DNA of 64,000 nucleotides from the NCBI GenBank assembly GCA_963782525.1, contig CAWAKC010000004.1, positions 123,410 to 187,409 of the forward strand, in the 5' to 3' direction. The notes beneath the pieces were generated by a model, which was not told where the DNA came from, made no database searches, and saw only the letters and a list, made by a program, of their open reading frames with translations. Each line of letters opens with the position of its first letter. The first letter of the stretch is position 1. A program made the translations under genes and the position numbers. Shown here in pieces: positions 28,625-38,401 of this stretch. The DNA comes from Candidatus Bathyarchaeota archaeon. Its GTDB lineage: Archaea; Thermoproteota; Bathyarchaeia; Bathyarchaeales; Bathycorpusculaceae.

Positions 28625-30028
28625 TTGAAAACAATCAAAGAACCAACTACCCCAACATATACATCGAAAGGACACATATTTGACCCTGTAGCCCTTAAAA
28701 AATTTTTTAAGGAAAACTACCCAATCTTAAGCATTATAGTTGGCTACTTGTTGGTTTCCTTTTCTTTAGGACCCTACTACAATGGAGACTCAGTATGGGA
28801 AACTGAAGCTGTGAAGGGCGTGATAAACTATGGGTTACCTTATGCGAACGGTTTTTACTTGATGGATCAGCCGCCTCTGGGTTTTTACATTCAAGCAGGA
28901 TTTGCCAAAGTTTTCGGCTTATCCATGAACAACGGCACTTTTTTGGTAACTATGTTTGGATTGGGGGCAGTTATTTTAGTTTACTTGATTGGTAAAGAAG
29001 TATATAGTAAAACAACTGGTTTTTTCGCCGCCTTACTTTTTACTTTTGCTCCATGGCTTCTAATAATGTCCAGAATTATGCTCATAGATGTTCCCTGTCT
29101 ATTCTTTAGCCTCTTAAGCCTGTTTTTGGGCATAATCGCTATTAAGAGAGGATCGTTCAAGCTTATAGTTGTCACAGGGTTTATTTTTGCGGGGGCTTTA
29201 AACACAAAACTCTACGCCGCCTTTATGCTTATTCCACTTGCAGGTTACTTCCTTTATTATGGACCGAAAAAACTCAAATATAAATTATCATGGGTTGTTG
29301 CTTTTATTACCCCAGTTTTTGTTTTCACTTATTTGTGGTATCAGACTATCACGGGATTGGGTTTGTTCTCCATCTTTGGCCACACCGACTTCAACGTTGA
29401 TAACCCAGGAGGCTTTATCCCCACGTACTTTTTCGCCACTAATTTTTTGGTTAGCTATGGGTTAGGCTGGTTTTTTATCGATGCCGTTGTCTTATCCCTG
29501 CTGGTTTATCTGGTGCAAAGACGTTTTCCGAGAAATTTTCTTGTTTTTGACGTAATCTGCGTTGCGGTAATTGCGTGTGCTTTGAGCGTTAATACTATTT
29601 TAGGTGCGACGTTGGACCTAAAAGCTCCTTTTCTTGACGCATTCAAATATGATTTCCAAACTTTGCCGTTTTTTAGTCTGTTAGCCGCCTCCTTGGTAAG
29701 CAAAAGTCTTTTTTTGGTCAATTTAGCTAAAACAAAGCTGAAAATAAGCAAAATAGTGTTTTATGCAGTTGCCGTGGCAGGGGTTTCTCTTGTGGCATTA
29801 TCGATTTTCTACAACATGCGTTTTGTTAACTTGTTTTCTAGTGCAAATTATTTGATTTTCAGGGTTGAACCAACTGTAAATGTTGGTTATTCACTTTTTA
29901 ACTCTGTCCCCACAAGCGGAAACACCGTTTACATCCAACTTTTTGGGTTCGCAATTGCCCTTTCAGGGTTGTTCTGGATAAGCAGACATAAAATAAACTC
30001 AGCCCTTAAGTTTATTCTTAAAAAATAA
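28625..30028 (+). CDS. GT-C glycosyltransferase (ArnT/PMT, family 39-like)
   Basis: DQPPLGFY loop, FAALLFTFAP, SRIMLIDVP, NTKLY; many TM helices. Confidence 0.85.
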   Translation: MKTIKEPTTPTYTSKGHIFDPVALKKFFKENYPILSIIVGYLLVSFSLGPYYNGDSVWETEAVKGVINYGLPYANGFYLMDQPPLGFYIQAGFAKVFGLSMNNGTFLVTMFGLGAVILVYLIGKEVYSKTTGFFAALLFTFAPWLLIMSRIMLIDVPCLFFSLLSLFLGIIAIKRGSFKLIVVTGFIFAGALNTKLYAAFMLIPLAGYFLYYGPKKLKYKLSWVVAFITPVFVFTYLWYQTITGLGLFSIFGHTDFNVDNPGGFIPTYFFATNFLVSYGLGWFFIDAVVLSLLVYLVQRRFPRNFLVFDVICVAVIACALSVNTILGATLDLKAPFLDAFKYDFQTLPFFSLLAASLVSKSLFLVNLAKTKLKISKIVFYAVAVAGVSLVALSIFYNMRFVNLFSSANYLIFRVEPTVNVGYSLFNSVPTSGNTVYIQLFGFAIALSGLFWISRHKINSALKFILKK

Positions 30029-30146
30029 AAAAACCTTAAAGTTTCTTTGTTTTATCGGGGCAAAATAACTTTTGATTTCATAACAACTGTTTGAGTTTAA
30101 AAAAAGTCTTATCTACTGGGGGGAACATACAGAAAAGCGATGCAAC

Positions 30147-30518
30147 ATGGAAAACGGCACAGAAACAAAAATTAAGCAAGACCTTCTTGCTGAAATCCAG
30201 AATTTAGAGCACAATTACGAAATTATAGCGAATTTTACGGCAGGAATAGAATATGACGTCACAGTCATCGGTTCCAGCATACAATCATTCAAAGACAGCT
30301 TAAGCCGAGCCAGTGCCTTCGTCCTTGCCCTATACAACCTAAAGGGCAAACGGGTGAATATTCCATGGGACCCCCTCTTCACAAGCCTAGACTATGCATT
30401 AGCAACCTTGACGACGGCTCCAAAGAAAGCAGCGGTCCAAGCAATCCTATCCATGTCTGAAGCCCAGATGCAACAAGTCATGTCGTACTTCGAAGCGCTA
30501 AAAGAATCACTCAAGTAA
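30147..30518 (+). CDS. Hypothetical helical protein
   Basis: 123 aa ATG ORF that fits the gene spacing. Confidence 0.7.
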   Translation: MENGTETKIKQDLLAEIQNLEHNYEIIANFTAGIEYDVTVIGSSIQSFKDSLSRASAFVLALYNLKGKRVNIPWDPLFTSLDYALATLTTAPKKAAVQAILSMSEAQMQQVMSYFEALKESLK

Positions 30519-30559
30519 TCCCCAAGCGGAAAGCTTAATTAAAAAAAACCTTCTCTTTT

Positions 30560-31039
30560 TTGGTTGTTATGGTTTCTTTATTTGCTGCTCAAGTAGACTT
30601 GATTTTGCAAATTTCATTTTTCGTTTTCTTAATCCTAGGTTTCGCCGTTGAGCGGAAACGCAAAGTCAAGGCACACGCAAATTTAATGTTGGCTGCTGCG
30701 GTTGTTTTGAACCTTGTTTCTTTTGTTGCAATTATGGCTCCTGCTTGGGACAATGTGGGTGAAGGAGGCACGGGCAGTTTATCCACTATAGGGATGCTGC
30801 ATGTTACGTTTGGCGGTTTAACGATGCTTTCTAGTCTTTGGGTTTTGGGAACTTGGCTTGTTCCAACGTTTCTCCTGCAAAATTCGAAGCTTCGCTGTTA
30901 TGGAAAATTTAATAAACGCATTATGTGGGTTGTTCTGTCTTTGTGGTTGGTTTCTTTAATTATGGGTTTTGTCTTGTACATTATGGTTAATACAACTTGG
31001 TTGGGTAGTTTTCCGGTCGGTTTTGGAAGCGGAAATTAG
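30560..31039 (+). CDS. DUF420-like 4-TM membrane protein
   Basis: RKVKAHANLM, IMAPAW, LHVTFGG, LWLVSLIMG; paralog of 42091-42516. Confidence 0.65.
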   Translation: MVVMVSLFAAQVDLILQISFFVFLILGFAVERKRKVKAHANLMLAAAVVLNLVSFVAIMAPAWDNVGEGGTGSLSTIGMLHVTFGGLTMLSSLWVLGTWLVPTFLLQNSKLRCYGKFNKRIMWVVLSLWLVSLIMGFVLYIMVNTTWLGSFPVGFGSGN

Positions 31040-31106
31040 ATGCCCATCCAAATAGAGCATTAATCTTTTATTCACTCAGCTTTGATAAGATAGTATTGGT
31101 GAAAGT

Positions 31107-31889
31107 TTGGCTAAAACCAATATGCGCCCTTTTCGTTTTGGAAACATCGTCGCTTTTATTGTTACCTTGGCAATTAACGGTCTAGCAGGCACAACAGTGC
31201 TCAATGGTCGATCAACCGCGCAAGTTTCAGATTTATATGCCAATCCCTTTACACCTGCAGGCTACGTCTTCGCCATCTGGGGAATAATTTACACCCTGCT
31301 TGCCGTATTCGTCATTTACCAAGTGCTGCCGAAACAGAAAGATAAGCCTTTCCAAAAACAAATTGGCGCCCTTTTCATTCTAAGCGGCATATTCAATGTC
31401 GTATGGCTTTTCCTATGGCAATACGACTACATTTCTGAATCATGTATTCTAATGTTTGCTTTGTTGGCGACTTTAGTGGCAATTTACATTCGGTTAGGTA
31501 TAGGAAAATCAAGCGTTTCACTTACGGAAAAGTTGTGTGTACATTTGCCATTTAGTGTTTATTTAGGTTGGATTACGGTGGCTTCAATAGCTAATGTGGC
31601 GGCTGCTTTAGTGTCGGTTAGATCGGGTGGTTTTGGGTTGAGCGCCGAAACATGGGCGATTTTAGCGATGGTTATTGCTTTGGTTGTTACTTTGGTGGTT
31701 ATTGCTGCTCGACGAGACATAGCTTATAGCCTTGTGGTAGTGTGGGCGCTTGCAGGCATAGCTGTTAAACAGAGTGCTTATCCAAACATTGTTGCGGTCG
31801 CAGAAATAGGAATTGTAGTTATCCTTGTAGTTTTGGCAGTTTCTTTAGTGGTTTGGCGATTTAGGCATAAAACAATTAAAAAGCCCTGA
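31107..31889 (+). CDS. TspO/MBR-like tryptophan-rich sensory protein
   Basis: FTPAGYVFAIWGIIY, NVVWLFLWQY, PFSVYLGWITVA. Confidence 0.82.
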   Translation: MAKTNMRPFRFGNIVAFIVTLAINGLAGTTVLNGRSTAQVSDLYANPFTPAGYVFAIWGIIYTLLAVFVIYQVLPKQKDKPFQKQIGALFILSGIFNVVWLFLWQYDYISESCILMFALLATLVAIYIRLGIGKSSVSLTEKLCVHLPFSVYLGWITVASIANVAAALVSVRSGGFGLSAETWAILAMVIALVVTLVVIAARRDIAYSLVVVWALAGIAVKQSAYPNIVAVAEIGIVVILVVLAVSLVVWRFRHKTIKKP

Positions 31890-31937
31890 CGGTATGAAGA
31901 GTTAAGTACAACGAACCAAAACATTTGGTGAAGACAA

Positions 31938-32288
31938 ATGGCCTATTTGCGCAACGAAAAAGAAACCGTCGAAGTGGACTATTCACTGGAAAAGATTTGG
32001 ACAGCAATTCCTGAAGCCGTCAAAGCTTTGGAATGGACAATCGAAGAAAAAAACGATGAATCTCACAAGATGACAGTGAAAACAAAGGGTGGTTTCATGG
32101 CCTACGGTTCAAGCATGGATGTTGAAGTTAAATCAGTAGATGAAAACACCACTCGCATATTACTAAATGCTGAAACACCAGTTACAACTATAACCTCGAT
32201 TATCGATTTTGGCCGAACCCGAGATCGCATGGGGCAATTCATAGAAATATTGGCTAGGGTAATGGAAAAAAAGAGTTCTAAAACCTGA
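31938..32288 (+). CDS. Hypothetical protein
   Basis: 116 aa ORF with GGTGA SD-like motif upstream. Confidence 0.75.
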   Translation: MAYLRNEKETVEVDYSLEKIWTAIPEAVKALEWTIEEKNDESHKMTVKTKGGFMAYGSSMDVEVKSVDENTTRILLNAETPVTTITSIIDFGRTRDRMGQFIEILARVMEKKSSKT

Positions 32289-32332
32289 TTAAGCCAAAAA
32301 TCTAATATTAGAAGCAACCGCTTGATTGCAGT

Positions 32333-33298
32333 ATGATTCGCGTAGTCAACTTGGGAGACAATTCTGAAAGAGAAGTTCAGCCTCAAGGGGTTAAAGACCT
32401 ATCCATTTTGAATGTTTGGCTAGAAATAGTTGACCCAACCGAAAACGAATTACTCACAATCTCCGAAAAAACCCAGATACCAGTTAATTTTTTGAGGTTA
32501 CCCCAAACAAGTGACGTTGTTAATTTACGTTTAGAACCAGATTACGGAATTATCAATTTTCTTTTTATGCAGGATGTACCGTCAACAAAAAAGGCTTACC
32601 CATTAGTGATGGCTTTTTCAAAGAATTTTCTTGTAACTGTTGCTAAAAAAGAAATCCAACCAATAATAAACACCGCTAAAGAACGGATGAGTAAAACAAA
32701 GATTGACCCACCCTCACAAGTAACATATTTTGTCATAGATGAAATAGTAGCCAACCATTACCTTCAAATCGAAAAACTAGAAAACCTCACTGCAAAGATG
32801 GAGGAGGAAGTAGTAGAGAAGACTTCTTCTGAAATCCTTAAGAAAATATTCAAGCTTAAATCGAATATGATTAGTTTTAACAAGATTTTGTGGTATGAGC
32901 GCGGTTTGGTTTTTAATTTGAAAAAATGCGATGGCTACTGCATGGATAAAAAAGCCCGAGTCTTATTCGACACAACCCATGAGGAGTTGACTCGGCAAGT
33001 GGATATAGTGGAGACTTACCGGGAAATTCTCTCCGACGCAATAAATGTGCATTTATCTGCCATCTCAAACAAAATTAACTTATCCATCAAGGGCTTAACG
33101 GTCGTCATATTCTACTTAACCATAGTTACGACGGTTACTTCTTTCCCAAACACTGTGGCCACATTCTTCGGAATCTCACAGTTCGGAAACACGAACATTG
33201 CCATTATCAGCGGTGCCATTTTGGTATCAATTATTCTGCCGTTTATTTGGTTGTGGAGAAAGAAATGGTTGACTTCAAAGCGGCTCGATTTTGCTTAG
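32333..33298 (+). CDS. corA: CorA-family divalent cation transporter with GIS in place of GMN
   Basis: WLEIVDPTENEL, FSKNFLVTV, SNKINLSIKGLTV; two C-terminal TM helices with PNTVATFFGIS. Confidence 0.85.
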   Translation: MIRVVNLGDNSEREVQPQGVKDLSILNVWLEIVDPTENELLTISEKTQIPVNFLRLPQTSDVVNLRLEPDYGIINFLFMQDVPSTKKAYPLVMAFSKNFLVTVAKKEIQPIINTAKERMSKTKIDPPSQVTYFVIDEIVANHYLQIEKLENLTAKMEEEVVEKTSSEILKKIFKLKSNMISFNKILWYERGLVFNLKKCDGYCMDKKARVLFDTTHEELTRQVDIVETYREILSDAINVHLSAISNKINLSIKGLTVVIFYLTIVTTVTSFPNTVATFFGISQFGNTNIAIISGAILVSIILPFIWLWRKKWLTSKRLDFA

Positions 33299-33747
33299 CG
33301 CTTTTGGATTGCAGCGTCGCGGTACATCAGCATGGCCATTACAAAATACAGTTCAAACGCAATCATGAATCCTGTTGCCATCTGAAAAGAGATCAGGTCT
33401 TGACTGAAATTAACTGCTACAAAACGCAGCCCGCTGACAAAAGCGAATAGCACACCAATGAAACTTACGATTGAAAGAACCCTGTAAACGTTGCTTTTGT
33501 GGATGACAAGAGCCAAATTTACTATTCCAACAGCAATTATCGCTATGTCCACAAAAAAGTGGCTGGTTAAAGCCAAGTCGCCCCCAGACACTATATAGTT
33601 AAGAGCGTTAGTGTACGCAGTGTTGTCCTGCGGAAAAGTAGTCATCGGAATCATAATCAACAGGTTTTGTGCCATGCCCAAGAAAAACTGAACTGTAAAC
33701 AAAACAAACAGCACTAACAACGATGTCGATAGGGCGCTACGCTCCAT
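33295..33747 (-). CDS. Hypothetical 4-TM membrane protein
   Basis: Hydrophobic ORF with QFFLGM motif. Confidence 0.7.
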   Translation of the reverse strand: MERSALSTSLLVLFVLFTVQFFLGMAQNLLIMIPMTTFPQDNTAYTNALNYIVSGGDLALTSHFFVDIAIIAVGIVNLALVIHKSNVYRVLSIVSFIGVLFAFVSGLRFVAVNFSQDLISFQMATGFMIAFELYFVMAMLMYRDAAIQKR

Positions 33748-33837
33748 TTTAGCTACCAAAACAAGTCCTCACTATATCATAAAGCAGAAAAACTATTTGA
33801 CTACTCCGGTCAAACTAATCAGTACAGCGGCGATTGA

Positions 33838-34275
33838 ATGAGCAAAAAACCACCAACAATCACTTACAAAGGCAGAAGCTTAGGCATTGTTATTTTAACA
33901 GTAGCACAACTAATCATCGGCGCTATCCACGTTTTCTTCGGTTTTCTGCTGCTTGCGTTTGAAAATTTATCATTCATCCAATCCACGCTAATTTATGATT
34001 TTTACACAATCATATTTAGCGTGTTGACGATAGTTTTCACCATATTCATCTGGAATGGAAAAAAGTTGGGGTGGATTGGCACGGTCGCAGTTGCACTATT
34101 TGTCATTATAGTAGATTCTTTGACGCTTCTGAATTTGCCCAGCATCCCCGGGATTCCGAAGTTTGCAGGGTTTGGTGAGATTACATACAGCGTTTTGGTT
34201 GTGGGTTACTTGCTTCAGGTTAGTTTTAGAAGAAAATATTTTATTTCAAGCCAAGATGAAAAATTAAAAAACTAA
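33838..34275 (+). CDS. Hypothetical membrane protein
   Basis: RSLGIVILT...IWNGKKLGW, 4 TM helices. Confidence 0.7.
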   Translation: MSKKPPTITYKGRSLGIVILTVAQLIIGAIHVFFGFLLLAFENLSFIQSTLIYDFYTIIFSVLTIVFTIFIWNGKKLGWIGTVAVALFVIIVDSLTLLNLPSIPGIPKFAGFGEITYSVLVVGYLLQVSFRRKYFISSQDEKLKN

Positions 34276-34281
34276 ACCGCC

Positions 34282-34950
34282 TTATCTGAGGGTAGCATTG
34301 TTGGGGTAACCGTGGCTTTCCCAGTAGCCTAGGTAATTGGGGTTGTCGGTTAGTTCGATTTTGGTTATCCATTTTATCCATTTGTAGCCGTATTCGTTGT
34401 CAGCGACCAGTTGGAAGGGGTAACCGCGTTCAGGCGGAATTTCGAGTCCGTTCATTTTGTAAGCGATAATTATATGATTATTCGCTATATAATCGAGTGG
34501 AAGCTCCGTTGAGTAGCCATCGGAAGCGTAAAAGATTACAGCGACCGCACTGGAGTTGACGCCCGCTTCCTTAATTAAATCGGTTACAAGGAAGCCTTCC
34601 CATAGAATTGTAGCATTCCAGCCTTCCACACAGTAGAGCGTGTCCACTTTTTGATATTTCTGGAAACCATTAATTACTTGGCCATAAGTGTACTCAATGG
34701 TTTTGTTTAATAATCCCGTTATTGTCAAGCGATAGTCTGAATTGTTGAGGTACTGTGTGCCTTTAATGGCGTTTTCCTTAACGTCCGCAATCGATGCGAG
34801 GTTTTGTCCTTGGTAGTTGCGGATTTCTCCTGGATACAGCATCTTCGGCTGAGTGGAAACGTAGTAATATACTCCTATGAAAACAAGAACCAAGAGCATT
34901 ATGGTTATGGAAACGGCGATTATTTTTCGGTAAAAACTTCTTCTCTCCAT
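34282..34950 (-). CDS. Membrane-anchored molybdopterin oxidoreductase (sulfite oxidase/MsrP-like)
   Basis: LYCVEGW, DGYSTELP, AYKMNG..IPPERGYP, YGYKWIKWI, GYWESHGY; N-terminal TM helix. Confidence 0.88.
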   Translation of the reverse strand: MERRSFYRKIIAVSITIMLLVLVFIGVYYYVSTQPKMLYPGEIRNYQGQNLASIADVKENAIKGTQYLNNSDYRLTITGLLNKTIEYTYGQVINGFQKYQKVDTLYCVEGWNATILWEGFLVTDLIKEAGVNSSAVAVIFYASDGYSTELPLDYIANNHIIIAYKMNGLEIPPERGYPFQLVADNEYGYKWIKWITKIELTDNPNYLGYWESHGYPNNATLR

Positions 34951-35074
34951 CCCTATCAACCTTAAAAAATGGAAATAGTGCAAAATTCACTAGAAACAAA
35001 CACACATGGTACCTAAAAACCCAGTGCTCTGAAAACCAAATTAAACCTTCGTCTTTTCAAAGTTGAATTTTTAG

Positions 35075-35485
35075 TTAAGCAGCCTTTTCCCGAATAGTCG
35101 CCAAGTAAGAAGGCAAACTTTCGATGCAGTTAATTTCTCGACCAACCAACCCCCGCAATTCACGCCAAAAACTCAAGTTTGACTTAATTTTTGTGCGCTC
35201 CAAATCCTGCTGCAACCGCTGAATGCCTTCTTTGCCCCGTCTGTCAAAATCCAAAAGCAGAATAACTTCCTCAGCGCCCAAATGTTCTATTTCTTGGGAA
35301 GCTTCAAGGAAGGATTTGCCGCCTGTTTTCACGGTTAGGATTGCGCCGTTTACCCCCAATTCTTGGAGTGCCTGTACATCTTTCTTTCCTTCAACAACGA
35401 TAGGGTTGCCTTTTGCAGATTCCTCAATTAACTTGGTTAAGACCTGATCGATTTTCTCAAGTTTATCCTTAAGATGCGTCGACAA
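35075..35485 (-). CDS. Small TOPRIM-domain protein
   Basis: IVVEGKKD and LLDFDRRG; TTG start at 35485 just after the tyrS stop. Confidence 0.85.
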   Translation of the reverse strand: MSTHLKDKLEKIDQVLTKLIEESAKGNPIVVEGKKDVQALQELGVNGAILTVKTGGKSFLEASQEIEHLGAEEVILLLDFDRRGKEGIQRLQQDLERTKIKSNLSFWRELRGLVGREINCIESLPSYLATIREKAA

Positions 35486-35489
35486 GCTT

Positions 35490-36578
35490 TTACCTGGTAA
35501 TTTTAGCTTGGCGAATGGTTTCCAAGCAGTCTTTGGCTTCAAGGTTGTTTTTGAAGTAGAGTCTGACTGGTTCAAGGATGTCTGCAAGTTGGGTTGCCAC
35601 GCCGTTTTTAAGGTCCATTGGGTGCAGTTTGCCCTCGGAATAGGCGCATTCAAGCTCTTGGAAACTTTGGAAGTCGATGTTGCCGCCGAATTTGGCTGGG
35701 CGCTCAATGGTGAAGACCGATTTTTCGCGGAAAACAATGTACTTGCAAATATCCATGATAGGATTGAATTTTACAGTTCGTTCCGGGCAGAATGCTTTGC
35801 TCATTTTCTGCTTGATTTCTTCGGGTGTATCGTAGATGAAGATGCAAGTGTCTGGTTTACTTTTAGACATTTTTGCGGAAGCAACTGCTTCTCTTTCTTG
35901 CCCCTCGGGAATGGGCCAGATTCCAGGTTTCGCCAACCCCTGCAGTAGATGGTGGTGGACGCAGACTGGTTTCCAGCAGCCGATTTTTTCGCCAATTTCT
36001 CTTCCAACCATGTTTGCTTTCCGCTGGTCCATGCCTAACTGGCAGATTTTGACTTTCATATGGAAAATGTCAGCGACTTGCATAGGTGTGTATAGGTAGT
36101 CGCTGACGTAGTGGGCTTCACCTTCTTTTCTGCCCGCAATTTCAAGAGTTCGGGTTGTGCGTGCTAAAGTGAGGTTTTTGGCGATTATGACAGTTTTTGC
36201 CCAGTAATCGATGTCCTTGTAGAGTTCATCAGAGTAGATAAATTCGATTTTGTCGCCTGGAACACCCAGCGCAAGCCAAGAGTGGCGGAAGAGGTCTGCG
36301 GCCTTGCGGATAAGCTCTCTGTCGCCGCCGAGTTTGTTGTTTAACCATGCATGCCACGTCGCCAAAAACGCCTTGAAATGTATGCCTGCTTCGGCGAAAT
36401 CTTTCATCTTATAAGCGCAGATAACGCCCGTTCCCAAATGCGCCAAGCCAGAAGGTTCCCAACCGTTGTAAGCGATGGGATGCTCCTCAGCTTCGAGAAG
36501 CGCCCGCAAATCCTCTGTGGTCACGACTTCTTCGGTGGGCGGTCTACAGATAAGCTCAATTTTCTTCTCTATATCCAA
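35490..36578 (-). CDS. tyrS: Tyrosine--tRNA ligase (archaeal type)
   Basis: AYNGWEPSG.AHLG, YTPMQVADIF, GMDQRK, KMSKS, LHPMDLK. Confidence 0.95.
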   Translation of the reverse strand: MDIEKKIELICRPPTEEVVTTEDLRALLEAEEHPIAYNGWEPSGLAHLGTGVICAYKMKDFAEAGIHFKAFLATWHAWLNNKLGGDRELIRKAADLFRHSWLALGVPGDKIEFIYSDELYKDIDYWAKTVIIAKNLTLARTTRTLEIAGRKEGEAHYVSDYLYTPMQVADIFHMKVKICQLGMDQRKANMVGREIGEKIGCWKPVCVHHHLLQGLAKPGIWPIPEGQEREAVASAKMSKSKPDTCIFIYDTPEEIKQKMSKAFCPERTVKFNPIMDICKYIVFREKSVFTIERPAKFGGNIDFQSFQELECAYSEGKLHPMDLKNGVATQLADILEPVRLYFKNNLEAKDCLETIRQAKITR

Positions 36579-36691
36579 GACATCTCAACTCAATTGTTAA
36601 TACCTAAACGATTTCTGGGGAATTTAAGAATTTAGTCAAGAATACAGAACTTCACATCAATGGGAAGCAATGGGAAAAAGAAAAAAGCGGA

Positions 36692-37294
36692 TTAATGTGT
36701 CAACAATAAGAAGTGGGCTATGCCAGTCAAAATGTATTGGACTGCAATGGCTGCGATTAGGAGCGCCATAACTCTTGCTATGATTACTGAACCTGTTTTG
36801 CCCAACAACTTGTAGATCCCATTGATGTACCTTAGGATAACCCATGTTATCGCCATCACGATTACTACGGCTAAGATTGCTGGAATCGCTGTATCGTCGA
36901 GTTGAATACTAAATATGGTTGTGGTAATGGCGCCGGGACCAACTAACAAGGGAATAGCTATGGGAACTGCCCCTAAACTTTCGGGAGATTCCACGTTTTC
37001 ATGCATGCTTCCCATAATCAAAATTCTAATCGCAATGATAAGTAGCAGAATGCCGCCTGCAACCTCAAAACTGTAGATTGATAAACCAAAAATATTCAGT
37101 ATTTCTGTCCCTGTAAAAGCGAAAACAAGCAGGAGGATTGTGCCAACGATGACTGCTGTGTTGTAGACTTTTTTTCTTTTGGATTCGGGCACATTTTCGG
37201 TTAAGCCCATGAAGATGGGGATGTTGCCGAACGGGTCAACTATTATGAATAATGCAATGGCGGCTCTTCCAACTTCTGAAATGAAATCCAACAA
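36692..37294 (-). CDS. marC: MarC family membrane protein
   Basis: LFIIVDPFGNIPIF, AGGILL, VPIAIPLLVGPGAIT. Confidence 0.92.
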   Translation of the reverse strand: MLDFISEVGRAAIALFIIVDPFGNIPIFMGLTENVPESKRKKVYNTAVIVGTILLLVFAFTGTEILNIFGLSIYSFEVAGGILLLIIAIRILIMGSMHENVESPESLGAVPIAIPLLVGPGAITTTIFSIQLDDTAIPAILAVVIVMAITWVILRYINGIYKLLGKTGSVIIARVMALLIAAIAVQYILTGIAHFLLLTH

Positions 37295-37379
37295 TTATCC
37301 CCAATTAACCAGTAAGGGTCTCGGGTCTGGATAAAAACATAACGGCAACACAAAATAAAAATTCTAAAAGAATAAAAAA

Positions 37380-38288
37380 TTATTTGATTATTTTTTCCCA
37401 GCTGGCAACCCGGTCAAGAACTTCCTGCACTGGTTTTCCGCCGTAACTTTTCAGCCTCTCTCTTAGCTGAGTATCCTCGACCACTGCTTTCTGATAATCC
37501 AGCATTTGGCTAGCGCCATCGGTCAAGTAGAGGAATCCGTCTGCTCCTGCTCGTGCACAGCGAACATTAACGGTGAGCACTTCAGCGGGGGTAGGCACGT
37601 CTTTGGGGTTGTCGCCTGGACCGTAAACGTATAAGCTGATGTAGAATGGTTTTTTGAGCAGTTTTTTGAAGTTGCGTGTGAGCATTTCAAAATACCATGG
37701 TGTAGCGTAATTTTTGCTAAACATTACAACGTTGAAGGCGTCTGCGTACTTGGCGAAGTCGTCAAAATCTACGCCGTAACGTTCAAGGGAAGTTACTGGG
37801 TCGGGTTGGATGCTTAGGATTAGTTCTTTTTTGACGACATCCCGGATTTGGCTGACGTATTCGGTGACTTCTTTTCTGCGCCACTCAAACCAGCTAAGAC
37901 CGCTTTTATGCCATAGTTCGTTGCATCTTGGGCAGGTGCAATGGTCGTGGTCTGCAAAATACTGGTTGTTTAAGCATATGCCTGGCGATTGCCTATCAAC
38001 TTCTGCAATGTACTTTAGCTGTTCTTCTCGGTGTTCGGGTTGGGTAGCGCAGACGACGTCCCAATAGATGTTAAAGTTGGGGTTTCCCATTTTGGCGGGT
38101 CCCAGCGGCGACTGAGAAATCCAGTCAGGATGATTTTTAACGGCGACGTTGTCGGCGAAGACGGCAATGTTGCTTATCATATCTTTTACGGGGGTTAGTC
38201 TTATGCCTGTTTCGAGTTTTATGCGAAAAACGTGAAAATCAAAGCCTTGGGGTTTTTGAGGTTGAAACGTGAATGAACCAAACTTCAT
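37380..38288 (-). CDS. Hypothetical glycoside-hydrolase-like TIM-barrel protein with CxCxxC
   Basis: HPDW, VCATQPE, HCTCPRC, YGVDF; fold inferred. Confidence 0.55.
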   Translation of the reverse strand: MKFGSFTFQPQKPQGFDFHVFRIKLETGIRLTPVKDMISNIAVFADNVAVKNHPDWISQSPLGPAKMGNPNFNIYWDVVCATQPEHREEQLKYIAEVDRQSPGICLNNQYFADHDHCTCPRCNELWHKSGLSWFEWRRKEVTEYVSQIRDVVKKELILSIQPDPVTSLERYGVDFDDFAKYADAFNVVMFSKNYATPWYFEMLTRNFKKLLKKPFYISLYVYGPGDNPKDVPTPAEVLTVNVRCARAGADGFLYLTDGASQMLDYQKAVVEDTQLRERLKSYGGKPVQEVLDRVASWEKIIK

Positions 38289-38401
38289 AATCTTGGCGCC
38301 TTACCGCAAAGAAGCGGTTGAGCCGTTATAAGTTTTTTGTGCAAGAGCTATTTTTAGACGATTTTGGACTTGGACCTATTTGCCGATTAACTCTTCCGAT
38401 T

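Noticed and set aside
35486-35737. N-terminal extension of the TOPRIM ORF
   Set aside because: Overlaps tyrS in another frame; the real start is likely TTG 35485
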